DNA of 64,000 nucleotides from an uncultured Verrucomicrobiae bacterium (GCA_963707025.1 CAVPOM010000006.1:224001-288000); one strand, 5' to 3'; positions 33,514-42,680 are shown, numbered from the stretch's first letter. The notes: generated by a model not told the origin, from the letters alone. Numbers and translations are program-made.

Positions 33514-33538
33514 ACCGTTCTCTCTGCCGGCCCGGAAA

Positions 33539-33760
33539 TCATTTCAGCCGATCCAGGCGGGAGTTCCGATTGTTTTCGTCACAAGTCAGCGCGAATTCCC
33601 CGTGGATCCCGTCCGCCGTGACAAACTGTTGGAGCAGCCCCGCCGGAAACTGGACGTTTTGTCCGGTGCTGCAACGCGCCAGCACATGCCGGGCCGTCCC
33701 GCGATAGTAATCCAGATACTGCTCCGCCGAAATGTGGAGCTTAAATTCATATCGCTTCAT
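33539..33760 (-). CDS. DUF2835-like protein
   Basis: F.L.IS.EQYL.YYRG.A..V......G..VQFPA..L.QFVT.DGIHG.F pattern. Confidence 0.8.
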   Translation of the reverse strand: MKRYEFKLHISAEQYLDYYRGTARHVLARCSTGQNVQFPAGLLQQFVTADGIHGEFALTCDENNRNSRLDRLK

Positions 33761-34153
33761 GCAATCACCGTCCCGCCAGCAAACCCGAATCAGCCCGCGA
33801 AGGCAAGCGCGCGGGCGCGGTTGCCTGAAAGCATGTCGTGCGATGGGCCAAGCCACAGAAGCGTATCCTCTCTTGACATCAGCCGCACGTTGGAAAATCA
33901 CCACTGGTCAGTCATCCTCATGGCCGAAGGCGCAAGGACGCAAAGGGTCGTTTCTGTCCCGGCATCTTTGCGTCTTGGCGAGTTTGCGATGAGCGGTCTT
34001 TTTTATCCGAAGAATACCACCAGGAGCACATCGGCCCCACCGGCAACAAAACGCGAAAACGCACTTGCGCCGGAGTAAAGGCGGCACTATAGTTCGTCAA
34101 GCACCGACGATGACACGGCGATCAAACCGCGGTCGCATTGACCGATCAAACTC

Positions 34154-36265
34154 ATGTATTTCGGAGCCGATTACCACCCGGAGCACTGGGTCCACCCTTA
34201 CGCGGGTTCGGCCGAGGAGCCGGAAGCCCGCTGGAAAAGGGACATCGAATTGATGCTGGCCGCCGGCATTAATACGGTGCGCATGGGCGAATTCGCCTGG
34301 GGAATTTGCGAACCCCGGGAAGGCCAGTATGATTTTGCCTGGCTCCGGCGCGTGATGGATTTGATGGGCGAAGTCGGCATCCAGGTGGTGCTGGGCACGC
34401 CCACCGCCGCCCCGCCGGTCTGGCTGAGCCGCCAGCATCCCGAGATCCTGCCCCTGGACGAACGGGGCCTGCCGATGAGCGACGGCACCCGGCTGGCTTG
34501 CTGCTTGAACAGCGATCTTTACTGGGATTATTCCAAGAAAATTGTGCGCGCCATGGCCGAGGCCCTGGGCAACCATCCCCAGCTAATCGCCTGGCAAGTC
34601 CACAATAACGCCGGCGTCCATTCCATCATCCCTTGCTTCAACCAGGAGACGCGGCGGGATTGGCACGCCTGGCTCAAGGCCAAATATGAGGATATCGGGC
34701 GGCTGAATGATATGATGGGCCTGCGCTTCTGGGGCCAGTTGGTCAGCGATTGGTCGGAGGTGCCGATGCCCATGGTCGCGCCCGCCCCGCATAATCCCTC
34801 CTTGCTGATGGATTGGCGGCGTTTTTGCAGCGATACCATTGTCGCTTTTGTCAGAATGCAGGCCGACTTGTTGCGGGAACTGACGCCCCACGCCCCCACC
34901 ACCAGCAACATCCGCGTTTTCGGCCATCAGGTGGACCTTTTCGATCTGGCGGGCGTGCTGGACTTCGCTTCGCTCAACAGCAACGCCACCATTCAGTCCA
35001 AACCCGCGGTCAACGCCTGCGAAATAGATTTCCTCCGTTCCCTCAAAAAGGGAGGCAGCAAGACGCCCGGGGGCGAGGAGGGTTTCTGGGTGATCGAACA
35101 GCGGGCCGGGCACGTCAACTGGCAGGAAGTCAATTCCCTGGTCCGCCCCGGAGTGGTTCGCCTGTTCACTTATCAAGTGCTCTCGCGCGGAGCCGATGCG
35201 GTGCTTTATTTCTTTTGGCGGCAGCCGCGCATCGGGACGGAGAAATTTTATGGCGCCATCCTGGCCCACAACGGGCGTGGGGAAAACCGGATTTACCAGG
35301 AAATCAGCCAGATCGGGGAGGAAATCAAACGGCTGGCTCCCGCCTTGGAAGGCACCAAGGTGGTGGCCGAGGCGTGCATTCTTTACAGCCACGAAAACGA
35401 TTGGTCTCTCTCCCTCCCGCGCCAGCCCAACGCCAATTTCAGCCTGCGCAACCATGTCCAACTTTTCCACAGCGCGCTGCACGACCGAAATATCCCGGTG
35501 GATTTCGCGCGGCCGGGCGACGATCTGTCGCGCTACAAGCTGGTGCTGGCGCCCTCCCTGAGCCTGCTGGCCGCCGGGGAGACCGACGCGCTCAAACTCT
35601 ACGTGCAAAATGGCGGCACGCTGGTGGCCACCTGCAACAGCGGCCTGGTGGATGAGCACCACATCGCGGCCGATGACGGTTTTCCCCACAACATGACCGA
35701 TTTGTTCGGGCTGGAAGTGCTGGAGTTCGATCCGATTGGGGCGGATCATGAGAATCATCTCGCCTTCAAAGGCCAGTTTCACGCCAACCATGCCCACCGC
35801 GCCCGGCTCTGGTGCGATGTCATCGCGCCCGGCAGTTGCCAGGTTCTGGCCACTTACACGCATGATTTCTACGCCAGCCGGCCCGCCGTGACCTTGAACG
35901 AATTCGGCCTGGGCAAGGCCATCTATATTGGCACCGTTTCCGACCAGCCTTTTTACGACGATTTGATCGCCTGGCTGCGCACCATCTGCTCCTTGCATCA
36001 ATTGCTCAAAGTGCCCGACACCGTCGAGGTCAGCATGCGCGAGAGGGCGGGCATGAAGGTCTTTTTCCTGCTCAACCACCAGAGCAGCGCGGTGCGCATC
36101 ACCTTTTACAAGCCCATGCACGATTTTCTGACGGAGCGGACCATCACCGGCAATTACGACCTGCCCCCCCACGGAGTCCTTGTGCTTGACGAAATCCGCA
36201 CCGGCGAGGCCGCGGCCCCGGAGGAAAACCGCGGCGTTGCGGCCGCGGCGCGGCCGGCCTTTTGA
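34154..36265 (+). CDS. GH42 beta-galactosidase-like protein, acid/base Glu apparently replaced by Asn
   Basis: GADYHPEHW, RMGEFAW, GTPTAAPP.W, WQVHNN (usually xxNE), WVIEQ. Confidence 0.9.
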   Translation: MYFGADYHPEHWVHPYAGSAEEPEARWKRDIELMLAAGINTVRMGEFAWGICEPREGQYDFAWLRRVMDLMGEVGIQVVLGTPTAAPPVWLSRQHPEILPLDERGLPMSDGTRLACCLNSDLYWDYSKKIVRAMAEALGNHPQLIAWQVHNNAGVHSIIPCFNQETRRDWHAWLKAKYEDIGRLNDMMGLRFWGQLVSDWSEVPMPMVAPAPHNPSLLMDWRRFCSDTIVAFVRMQADLLRELTPHAPTTSNIRVFGHQVDLFDLAGVLDFASLNSNATIQSKPAVNACEIDFLRSLKKGGSKTPGGEEGFWVIEQRAGHVNWQEVNSLVRPGVVRLFTYQVLSRGADAVLYFFWRQPRIGTEKFYGAILAHNGRGENRIYQEISQIGEEIKRLAPALEGTKVVAEACILYSHENDWSLSLPRQPNANFSLRNHVQLFHSALHDRNIPVDFARPGDDLSRYKLVLAPSLSLLAAGETDALKLYVQNGGTLVATCNSGLVDEHHIAADDGFPHNMTDLFGLEVLEFDPIGADHENHLAFKGQFHANHAHRARLWCDVIAPGSCQVLATYTHDFYASRPAVTLNEFGLGKAIYIGTVSDQPFYDDLIAWLRTICSLHQLLKVPDTVEVSMRERAGMKVFFLLNHQSSAVRITFYKPMHDFLTERTITGNYDLPPHGVLVLDEIRTGEAAAPEENRGVAAAARPAF

Positions 36266-36280
36266 TCCCCGGCGCCTGCC

Positions 36281-36694
36281 ATGCCCAGCGGCCCGTTTTC
36301 CTTTCCTCCGCGGCGTTCCCCGCCGCCGCCTTCCTCCCCCCGGCAGCGCGCGCTGGCCCAGTGGCGCGGCTGGAATTGGAGCGGCGATGAAATCGCCCGG
36401 CAAGCCTCCGGGAAAAAGGCCGCCGCCATCCTGCCCCGCGTGCTGGCCGGTTTGCGCATGGACCGCCGCCAGGCGGAGGCGGAAATTTTGCAGGTTTGGA
36501 GTCATCAATTGGATCCGAACATCGTGGCTCACGCCCGGCCCGCCGGTATCCGCCACGGCACTTTATTCGTCAATGTGGACAGCAGTGTTTGGCTGGATGA
36601 GATCGTGCGCTACCGGCGCCGCGAAATCCTGGAAAGGCTGCAGAACAGTTTTGGGCGCGAGTTGATTCGCAGAATCTCCTTCCGGCTGGGTTAG
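36281..36694 (+). CDS. DUF721/DciA-family protein
   Basis: W......I..HARP..I..GTL.V.V.SSVW..E pattern. Confidence 0.8.
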   Translation: MPSGPFSFPPRRSPPPPSSPRQRALAQWRGWNWSGDEIARQASGKKAAAILPRVLAGLRMDRRQAEAEILQVWSHQLDPNIVAHARPAGIRHGTLFVNVDSSVWLDEIVRYRRREILERLQNSFGRELIRRISFRLG

Positions 36695-38169
36695 GCGCGT
36701 TCTCCCCCGCTGGCTGGCGCCCGGCCGGGCGGCGGGGCCGCTGGCGTCCTGGGGCCGAGGCCCAGCTTGGCCCGGAGGTAATTGGCATTTTGGGGCGAAA
36801 GATAATGTTCCATTTGCTCCAGTTCGTCTCTTCTTAACTTCGACATCGGCTCAAGGGCGATGCGCTTGCCATTGGGGTCGTTCAGTCCTCCGGGAAGGCG
36901 GCTCATGTAGCTGCGCCAAATCGCCTCCGCCAAATGGCTGAAATTCTCCGCCCGGTCGGCATCATCCCCGATCAAGCACAGGTACTCCTGCGAAATCAAA
37001 CCCAGGATGACCCCGGTCATCTTGGGTTGATCCAGTTCCCCGATCTCGGATTGGATTTGTTTGAAGGCGTATTCTTCGACGGTCAGATTGGTCTCGTCGC
37101 CGGTGATGGCATTGGTGAAGTTCTGCTTCAAACAGTTGAACCAGTGCAAGGCTTCCCGGTCGCGGTTATACTCATACAACAGCACGACGGCCTCCTTGAG
37201 AAAATTCTTCTGGGCGTTCTGCACCACCTTCTTGTCCGTCTTGTCCAGCAGGGTCCTTTCGTAGGAGGCGTTGACCTTGGGGACAAGGTCCAAATCGGGC
37301 CAAAGAATGAAATTCTCCTCCGTGACATTAGTGACCCACGGGGGCAGGGCGCCGCCGCGCCGGCAGGCCTGCTGCATGATGGAGTAGGCGAAACGGCGCA
37401 CCAGGTCCCGGTCCTCCTGCGTTCCCTTGCGCACGCCCATCTCCGCCCAGTAAATGGCGTGGGCGTCCGGCAAACGCCAGTCCAGCGGCCCGTAGGTCTG
37501 GTCAATGTGCTGGATGAATTCCGGGTCCATCTGATAATCCTCGCGCAATTTCCTGGCCCGTTCGCGCTCGGCCGGCGTCTGGGGGTGGAGCAAGGCGGCA
37601 AAGTCGGGATGGCCGCCCAGGATGTCCTGCATTTGCTGGGCCCAGCGGATTTTGTAAAGCATGTGGGCGTCGTCCAGGTTCTGCCCGATCTTATGGCGGA
37701 AAATCCAGGACAGATCCTGGTAGATTTTCGGATCGGCCGGGTTGTAGTGCAGGCCCTTGTGCAGCAGTTCGATGCCGCGCTGCACCCAGCGCCAGCGTTC
37801 CTCGAAGTCCTTGCACTTGACAGATATGTTGTAGGCCATGTTCCAGGCCTGCATCCGCCAAACCTCGCTGTAATGCGGCTCCAGCGTGGTGATCCAGTCG
37901 GCCAACTGGACCATTTCAAAATACCGCTCCTCATCCTGCAGTTCGGTGGCCCGCATCCACAGGGCGTTGGAAATCAGCCCGCGGAAACCGCCCAGGGCCA
38001 CGGTGGTGAAGGCCAGGATGGGTGGCGCGTTGGACAAGGGCGGCAGGCGGGTGAAGCCATAGGCCGCGCGGTCCGTGTTCAGCCGCCCCTGCATTTGCGA
38101 GGAGCCGCAAAAAAGCGCCGCCGCCAATCCCACCAGGGCCGGCTTATAAAATCTGGCTCGAAAATTCAT
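36691..38169 (-). CDS. Conserved hypothetical membrane-anchored helical protein
   Basis: ALGGFRGL..NALWMRA, L.PH...VW..QAWNMAYNISV, DWR...AHAIYWA; backbone codon usage. Confidence 0.75.
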   Translation of the reverse strand: MNFRARFYKPALVGLAAALFCGSSQMQGRLNTDRAAYGFTRLPPLSNAPPILAFTTVALGGFRGLISNALWMRATELQDEERYFEMVQLADWITTLEPHYSEVWRMQAWNMAYNISVKCKDFEERWRWVQRGIELLHKGLHYNPADPKIYQDLSWIFRHKIGQNLDDAHMLYKIRWAQQMQDILGGHPDFAALLHPQTPAERERARKLREDYQMDPEFIQHIDQTYGPLDWRLPDAHAIYWAEMGVRKGTQEDRDLVRRFAYSIMQQACRRGGALPPWVTNVTEENFILWPDLDLVPKVNASYERTLLDKTDKKVVQNAQKNFLKEAVVLLYEYNRDREALHWFNCLKQNFTNAITGDETNLTVEEYAFKQIQSEIGELDQPKMTGVILGLISQEYLCLIGDDADRAENFSHLAEAIWRSYMSRLPGGLNDPNGKRIALEPMSKLRRDELEQMEHYLSPQNANYLRAKLGLGPRTPAAPPPGRAPASGGERA

Positions 38170-38301
38170 CCTTCGCCGCTCCAACTTAATGCACAATGTT
38201 CAAAATCCAAAGTCTTATATTCAACGCGCCGCCGGCCTCCCAATTCCGCCAGCCCGCCGATTTTTAGCCGCGCCTGGAAAGCGGGGCCAATGCCAAATGC
38301 A

Positions 38302-38373
38302 TCCTCCTCCGCCAGGCCTTCCTCCTTCGCAGGGCCTGCCTGCCCGCCGTCGCATGCAGGGCGCTTGTTCGCC
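38302..38373 (-). other. Degenerate attC5 disrupted by REP halves
   Basis: GGCGAAC (38373-38367) complements cassette start GTTCGC; followed by aggccctgcgaaggagga/aggcctggcggaggagga; no clear R' box. Confidence 0.55.
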
Positions 38374-38383
38374 GCCGCGGTGT

Positions 38384-38941
38384 TCATTCGCTTTTGAAAC
38401 CAAGCAGCTTGAGGGACTGCGTTACCGCATCCGTATCTGAATGGCCATCGGCTGCGGCACGCAGACGCTCCTTAAGCGGTTCTCGAATCGGGGAATCGCT
38501 GGCAGTGAGAAGTGCTTCGATTTCGAGGAACCGTGTGAACCAAGGCTGGCCCTCGTGCTCCACGTATCGCGCGAGATCATCGATGCACCTGTCGTAGGTG
38601 CTACTGTTCTGAGCGTTAAAGCGAAAGTGGTAGTGAGCCGCGCGGAGGCGCTCAGAGAAATCGTAGCGAGGGCCGTTGGGTGAGAGGGCCTCAAGCACAT
38701 CGTTCAGAACCCGAATCCCGAAGCCAACGTCTAAGGTGACCGAGTAGTTCCTGGGCCGCCCGTAGGAGCTGCCTTGGCGGAAAAGAGTGATGAAATCAGC
38801 AGGGTGCTCGTGCCTCCGTGCCCACAACATCGTCTTGGTTCGATTGAAGCCAATCGGCTCGATTCGCGCAGAGAAGTCCTTAGCTGCACTCTCCACACCC
38901 TGGCGGACGACTTGTGTAGTGTCAGTGGGGACGGGCTTCAT
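38384..38941 (-). CDS. Cassette 5 hypothetical protein (possibly DUF4304-like)
   Basis: 185 aa, starts just after the attC4 GTT; family call tentative. Confidence 0.75.
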   Translation of the reverse strand: MKPVPTDTTQVVRQGVESAAKDFSARIEPIGFNRTKTMLWARRHEHPADFITLFRQGSSYGRPRNYSVTLDVGFGIRVLNDVLEALSPNGPRYDFSERLRAAHYHFRFNAQNSSTYDRCIDDLARYVEHEGQPWFTRFLEIEALLTASDSPIREPLKERLRAAADGHSDTDAVTQSLKLLGFKSE

Positions 38942-38947
38942 ACTTTC

Positions 38948-39082
38948 TGCGAACGTAGAAAGTTGAGCCACCGCCGACTCGCGGCGTGAATCCCGACTTG
39001 TCGGGAAACAAAAGCGCCATCCGCCTTCGCTCCGCAGCTACGGTCGGACAGGACGGCGGTTGGCTCCGGAGACTGGTGAGGT
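38948..39082 (-). other. attC4 containing a 33-nt REP insertion (39020-39052)
   Basis: ACCTCAC..ggagccaaccgcc..ggcggtggctca..GTTCGCA; arms match attC1. Confidence 0.85.
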
Positions 39083-39083
39083 A

Positions 39084-39440
39084 TCATTGTTTGTGCCATA
39101 TCATCTGTGTGTGCCCATCAATACTCAAAACCACCAACTTGTCTCCAAGAAGACTCACAACTTTGTTGCTCTCCACTTGGAAAGCGCCGTCCTGACGATC
39201 AGCATTGGTCACTGTACCAATGGCGTATCCGTTCTTGACCTGCCACGTTCCCTTAACGGTCTCGATACCGGATCTCTTCATAACATAAGTCCCATCAGCC
39301 CTGTTCTCGATTACTTTGGCTGGATCTGAATCCAATGACCACACCCCGACTATACCACGGCGAATAACAGCATCGCTTGTGGTCGTTGTGCAAGCCGTCA
39401 GCAACAAGCTCAATGCGAATAATGTAGGTATGAATTTCAT
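39084..39440 (-). CDS. Cassette 4 lipoprotein (lipocalin-like beta-barrel)
   Basis: Lipobox LTAC; IVGVW, DGTY, GTW motifs. Confidence 0.8.
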   Translation of the reverse strand: MKFIPTLFALSLLLTACTTTTSDAVIRRGIVGVWSLDSDPAKVIENRADGTYVMKRSGIETVKGTWQVKNGYAIGTVTNADRQDGAFQVESNKVVSLLGDKLVVLSIDGHTQMIWHKQ

Positions 39441-39455
39441 AAAGGTGTGAATGAC

Positions 39456-39558
39456 GCCTAACGTCCAGAGCTCAGGCACGCGGGACCAAACCACCTGAAT
39501 CCGGGCTTGTCGGGAAACAAAAGCGCCATCCCTCGTTGGCTGCAGTGAATTGTTAGGC
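39456..39558 (-). other. attC3 (103 bp)
   Basis: GCCTAAC aattcactgcag ... cctgagctctggac GTTAGGC. Confidence 0.92.
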
Positions 39559-39568
39559 ATCAATGTGT

Positions 39569-39871
39569 TCATGTGAAGAACAACTTTCCAATGACGACTA
39601 CGAGTAGAACCCAAGCGAGAATAATCGCGATGGCAATCGCAACCAGACGAAGATAGTAGCCGAAAAACCGACCAATCGTCTTCGATATGCGCCAACGTTC
39701 ACGTAAGGCAGACGTTGCATAATATAGACTTCCGAGCGTGATGAGAATACCAATAGGGAGTCGGACGAACATCGGAGCGTGCGGAAGGGCAAACCACCAC
39801 AGTGGGAACAACACGGCGATCAAAACCGCCTCTGGCCAATCGGCAGTAGAGATTTTCAGGCGTGGTCGCAT
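39569..39871 (-). CDS. Cassette 3 small membrane protein
   Basis: 100 aa, three hydrophobic segments; cassette ends complementary over 10 bp (gttaggcatc/gatgcctaac). Confidence 0.78.
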   Translation of the reverse strand: MRPRLKISTADWPEAVLIAVLFPLWWFALPHAPMFVRLPIGILITLGSLYYATSALRERWRISKTIGRFFGYYLRLVAIAIAIILAWVLLVVVIGKLFFT

Positions 39872-39874
39872 GAT

Positions 39875-40000
39875 GCCTAACGTCCAAGCTCAGGCACAGC
39901 CACCGGAGACTGAGCTTGGCTGCAATGATGATGTTCAAATTTCATGTCCCGGTCAAAACTGAAAGGGGCGGTGGCTGTTGCCTGCAGCGATTTGTTAGGC
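39875..40000 (-). other. attC2 (126 bp)
   Basis: GCCTAAC aaatcgctgcaggcaacagccacc ... ggtggctgtgcctgagcttggac GTTAGGC. Confidence 0.92.
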
Positions 40001-40010
40001 GTCATCGTCG

Positions 40011-40388
40011 CTACTCCCATCTGGCCTCAACATTCGGCCTACCAAGAAGCTGGACGAGGTGGTCGCTGCTTACCAGTGCAAAATGTGATACGCCTCTGTT
40101 GCCGCTATAAATCTGACTGAACTGCTCCAACCAACTGGAACCTTCCACAAGTAATAATGGAAATGTTTGTGACGGTCTGAGCATCGGGAGAAGTGAAACC
40201 GGCAGAAAGTCGAACCCCGGACACTCCTGCTCGAAACGAAGTGCGACAACTCCTGTGAAGTGAAGCACCAAAACTCTGCTGCCAACCATCCGCACTGTCA
40301 GCTTGTCATCCTGAAATGAATACGAAATTGAATCGAACGGTGAATCAATATCTGGCACCGGCTGCCACTTGGAAACGCGTAATGTCAT
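40011..40388 (-). CDS. Cassette 2 hypothetical protein
   Basis: 125 aa ORF filling the interval between attC1 and attC2. Confidence 0.8.
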   Translation of the reverse strand: MTLRVSKWQPVPDIDSPFDSISYSFQDDKLTVRMVGSRVLVLHFTGVVALRFEQECPGFDFLPVSLLPMLRPSQTFPLLLVEGSSWLEQFSQIYSGNRGVSHFALVSSDHLVQLLGRPNVEARWE

Positions 40389-40392
40389 AAAC

Positions 40393-40491
40393 GTCTAACG
40401 AAAAAAGCTGAGCCACCGCCGACTCGCGACGTGAACCGCGATAGCGGAACTGCAAGCGCCAACGGCGGTTGGCTCCGGCGACTTGTTAGGC
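40393..40491 (-). other. attC1 (99 bp)
   Basis: GCCTAAC aagtcgccggagccaaccgcc ... ggcggtggctcagcttttttc GTTAGAC. Confidence 0.92.
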
Positions 40492-40508
40492 CACTGGCCA
40501 ATCATAAC

Positions 40509-40736
40509 TCAATGTCGTATAATCAGCGATGCGGCTAAAGTGCAATACTCTGCCGGAACTGTCCAGACCTCTGCGTGCTGGCCGCCAGCTCCACCTTCCG
40601 AAATGCGCTTGCATCGTGGCTCTCCAAACCAAAGTGCGAGATGGTCATCTGGTGCGCCGCCGTCCTGCGGTGTGCCAACAACCACAGCGAGCAATCCATC
40701 CGTCTCAACTAACTGTCCTCGCTTGAAAATACTCAT
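40509..40736 (-). CDS. Cassette 1 hypothetical protein
   Basis: 75 aa; cassette ends complementary over 11 bp (gttaggccact/agtggcctaac). Confidence 0.78.
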   Translation of the reverse strand: MSIFKRGQLVETDGLLAVVVGTPQDGGAPDDHLALWFGEPRCKRISEGGAGGQHAEVWTVPAEYCTLAASLIIRH

Positions 40737-40747
40737 GGTGCGAAGTG

Positions 40748-40775
40748 GCCTAACAATTAATATACGCCAGCTTGT
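40748..40775 (-). other. Putative attI site
   Basis: Non-palindromic ctggcgtatattaattGTTAGGC between first cassette and intI start. Confidence 0.75.
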
Positions 40776-40795
40776 TCGTGTATTACGATGTCCGA

Positions 40796-41044
40796 ATGAA
40801 CACTTCCGAAAGAGTGCGGCGGCTTACGGAAATTGTTCGACGCCAACATCTTGCGCTCGCGACCAAGCGCACTTGCTGCGCCTGGCTCAGGCGATATTGC
40901 GACTTGCTCAAAGGGCTGCCGTTGCGTATGCCAGGTGAACATAAACAGGAACGGTTTCTGACCGTCCTGACCCGAAAGGATGTCGCCGCCAGTACCCAAA
41001 ATCAAGCCTTTAATGCAATTAACCGACCGCGGGGCGCATCTTGA
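40796..41044 (+). pseudogene. intI: Integron integrase N-terminal (SAM-like) fragment
   Basis: RRQH.AL.T......WLRRY, ERFLT.L...DVAASTQNQAFNAI; similarity ends near 41020, catalytic domain absent. Confidence 0.88.
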
Positions 41045-41168
41045 CACTGCTGCTGGCGGAGTGCGGCCGTCCCCGGCCGCAGCAAGCCGGGGATTTTTTG
41101 GGTGCGCAGGAAGATCACCGGCGCGCCGTGTTTCCCACGCTGCTGCGCCCGAGGACGGGGAATGGCGC

Positions 41169-42656
41169 TTAAATAAGGGAAGCCTTTCTTTTGGCCCGGG
41201 CCAGACGGCGGCGTTTATTGCGGCTCCAGGGCTGGCGGTATTGATGCCGCGATTTGTTCAAATGGGGGTATTTGGATCGTTTCTTGACAGCGCGCGGCTC
41301 CGCTCTTCCCGGACGCCTGGGCACCAGATCGGTCGCCAGCCTTCGGAGCAGCCGCTGCCATAATTGGCGGCGCCGTCCCCCTTTGTTCCGGGCGTGTCCG
41401 AGTTGTGCCAGTGCCTGCGTCCATTGCCGGAAGGCGTCCAGGCTGCCTTTGAAACTGATCCGATCCAAGTCCACGTTCTGGCTTTGCGCGGCTTCGGCCA
41501 TGATCCAGCGCAGGAAATTATGGGCGGTGAGGAAGAGCAGGAGTTCTTTCTCCACCATGCGGGGACAGAGGCAATGCAGGCTCTGCATGCCCAGGGTGGT
41601 TTTGAGATCGTCCAGGCACAGTTCCATGCGCCAGCGCCGGGCATAAGCGGCCGCCAGTTCCTCCGCTGGAAAAAGCGCCGCATCCAACAGGGTCGTGACC
41701 AGGGTCAGGTGGCGGGTGCGGAAGCCGGCCCGGCTCAGGCGCGCGCGCAGCACCCGCACCGTGATCTGCGGCGGCAGTCCGAGCCATTCCAGGAACGAAA
41801 GCAGGGGCGAAGGCCGGCCGGGTTTGGACCAGGTAAAGAGCGCGTCCCAGTGACCCAGGCGTTGGCGGGCCTGGCGGAAATCCACCTTGCGGTTGCGCAC
41901 GGAGACCCGCGCGAGCAAATCCACGCCCAGGAGTTGGAGGACGGCGGCGATAATATAAACCCCATAGGCGCGGTCGCCCAAGAGGATGTCGCCGGGGTGC
42001 AAAGCCGAGCGCAAGCCGTGGAGAAACAGAGCCAGTTCGGAGGAGCGCAGGCTGCCGGTGGCTTTGGCCAAAAGGGCGCCGCTGGCGGCGGAGAACAGAG
42101 CCACCACGCGCAGGTGGGGAAAGCCGCCGCCGGGCTGCAGGCTTTGGCTGGGGGGAAAGGCCGCCCGATTGGCCGGGGTGTCGGGCAGGTGGGTGCCGCT
42201 GCCATCAACCGCTTTCAACGGGCGGCCCTGTAGCAGCGTACTGGCCGGGGCGCGCTTTTCGGCGCTGTCGGCGCTGGCCGCGAAGGCTTGCTCCAGCAAG
42301 GCCAGGGGGAGTTTGGCGCGGGCCTGGCAATAGGCGCTGCTGTCCGGCTCCGGTTCCGGGCCTTGGACCAAGGCCAGCAGGGCCTGCACCTGAAGGACGA
42401 CGTGGCGGCAGGAAGTGTTGGCTTGGAAGACTGGCCAGACCCAGCACCACCAGGTGCGAACCAGAGTGTAAACCTGCTCGCGGGAGTAGTCGCCGGCGGC
42501 CGGTTTTCGCAGGAGGTCGGTGGGCAAGGCGGGAGCCAGGCGGTCCTCGATCTGACTCAAGGTGGCGTGACGGAGGCGCGCCAGGCTGTGGGCACAGCGG
42601 CGGCCCGCCGCCGCCAGACGGGGCCGCCAGGCCGGGAAGAAGGGGGTGTCGGGCAT
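41169..42656 (-). CDS. IS4-family DDE transposase
   Basis: SAYCQARAKL, AVDGS, LGDRAY, Y.RRW.ME....DLK (YREK-like), RISFKG, EPRAVK. Confidence 0.95.
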   Translation of the reverse strand: MPDTPFFPAWRPRLAAAGRRCAHSLARLRHATLSQIEDRLAPALPTDLLRKPAAGDYSREQVYTLVRTWWCWVWPVFQANTSCRHVVLQVQALLALVQGPEPEPDSSAYCQARAKLPLALLEQAFAASADSAEKRAPASTLLQGRPLKAVDGSGTHLPDTPANRAAFPPSQSLQPGGGFPHLRVVALFSAASGALLAKATGSLRSSELALFLHGLRSALHPGDILLGDRAYGVYIIAAVLQLLGVDLLARVSVRNRKVDFRQARQRLGHWDALFTWSKPGRPSPLLSFLEWLGLPPQITVRVLRARLSRAGFRTRHLTLVTTLLDAALFPAEELAAAYARRWRMELCLDDLKTTLGMQSLHCLCPRMVEKELLLFLTAHNFLRWIMAEAAQSQNVDLDRISFKGSLDAFRQWTQALAQLGHARNKGGRRRQLWQRLLRRLATDLVPRRPGRAEPRAVKKRSKYPHLNKSRHQYRQPWSRNKRRRLARAKRKASLI

Positions 42657-42680
42657 AAGGCGGTATATATACCGCCTTAT
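42655..42680. promoter_or_regulatory. Perfect 26-bp palindrome between the divergent IS genes
   Basis: ataaggcggtata|tataccgccttat overlapping the transposase ATG. Confidence 0.7.

Larger units (their letters stand above)
38302..41031 (-). mobile_element. Integron: five cassettes, attI and truncated divergent intI
   Basis: Co-oriented low-GC ORFs separated by RYYYAAC..GTTRRRY palindromes next to an IntI N-terminal fragment. Confidence 0.92.

Noticed and set aside
39084..39695. 203-aa version of the cassette 4 ORF
   Set aside because: The extension reads through attC3; the ATG at 39440 gives a proper lipoprotein signal.
38948..40491. CRISPR array interpretation of the repeat/unique alternation
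   Set aside because: Repeats are 99-135 bp, non-identical, with attC boxes; intervals are full ORFs; no cas genes.
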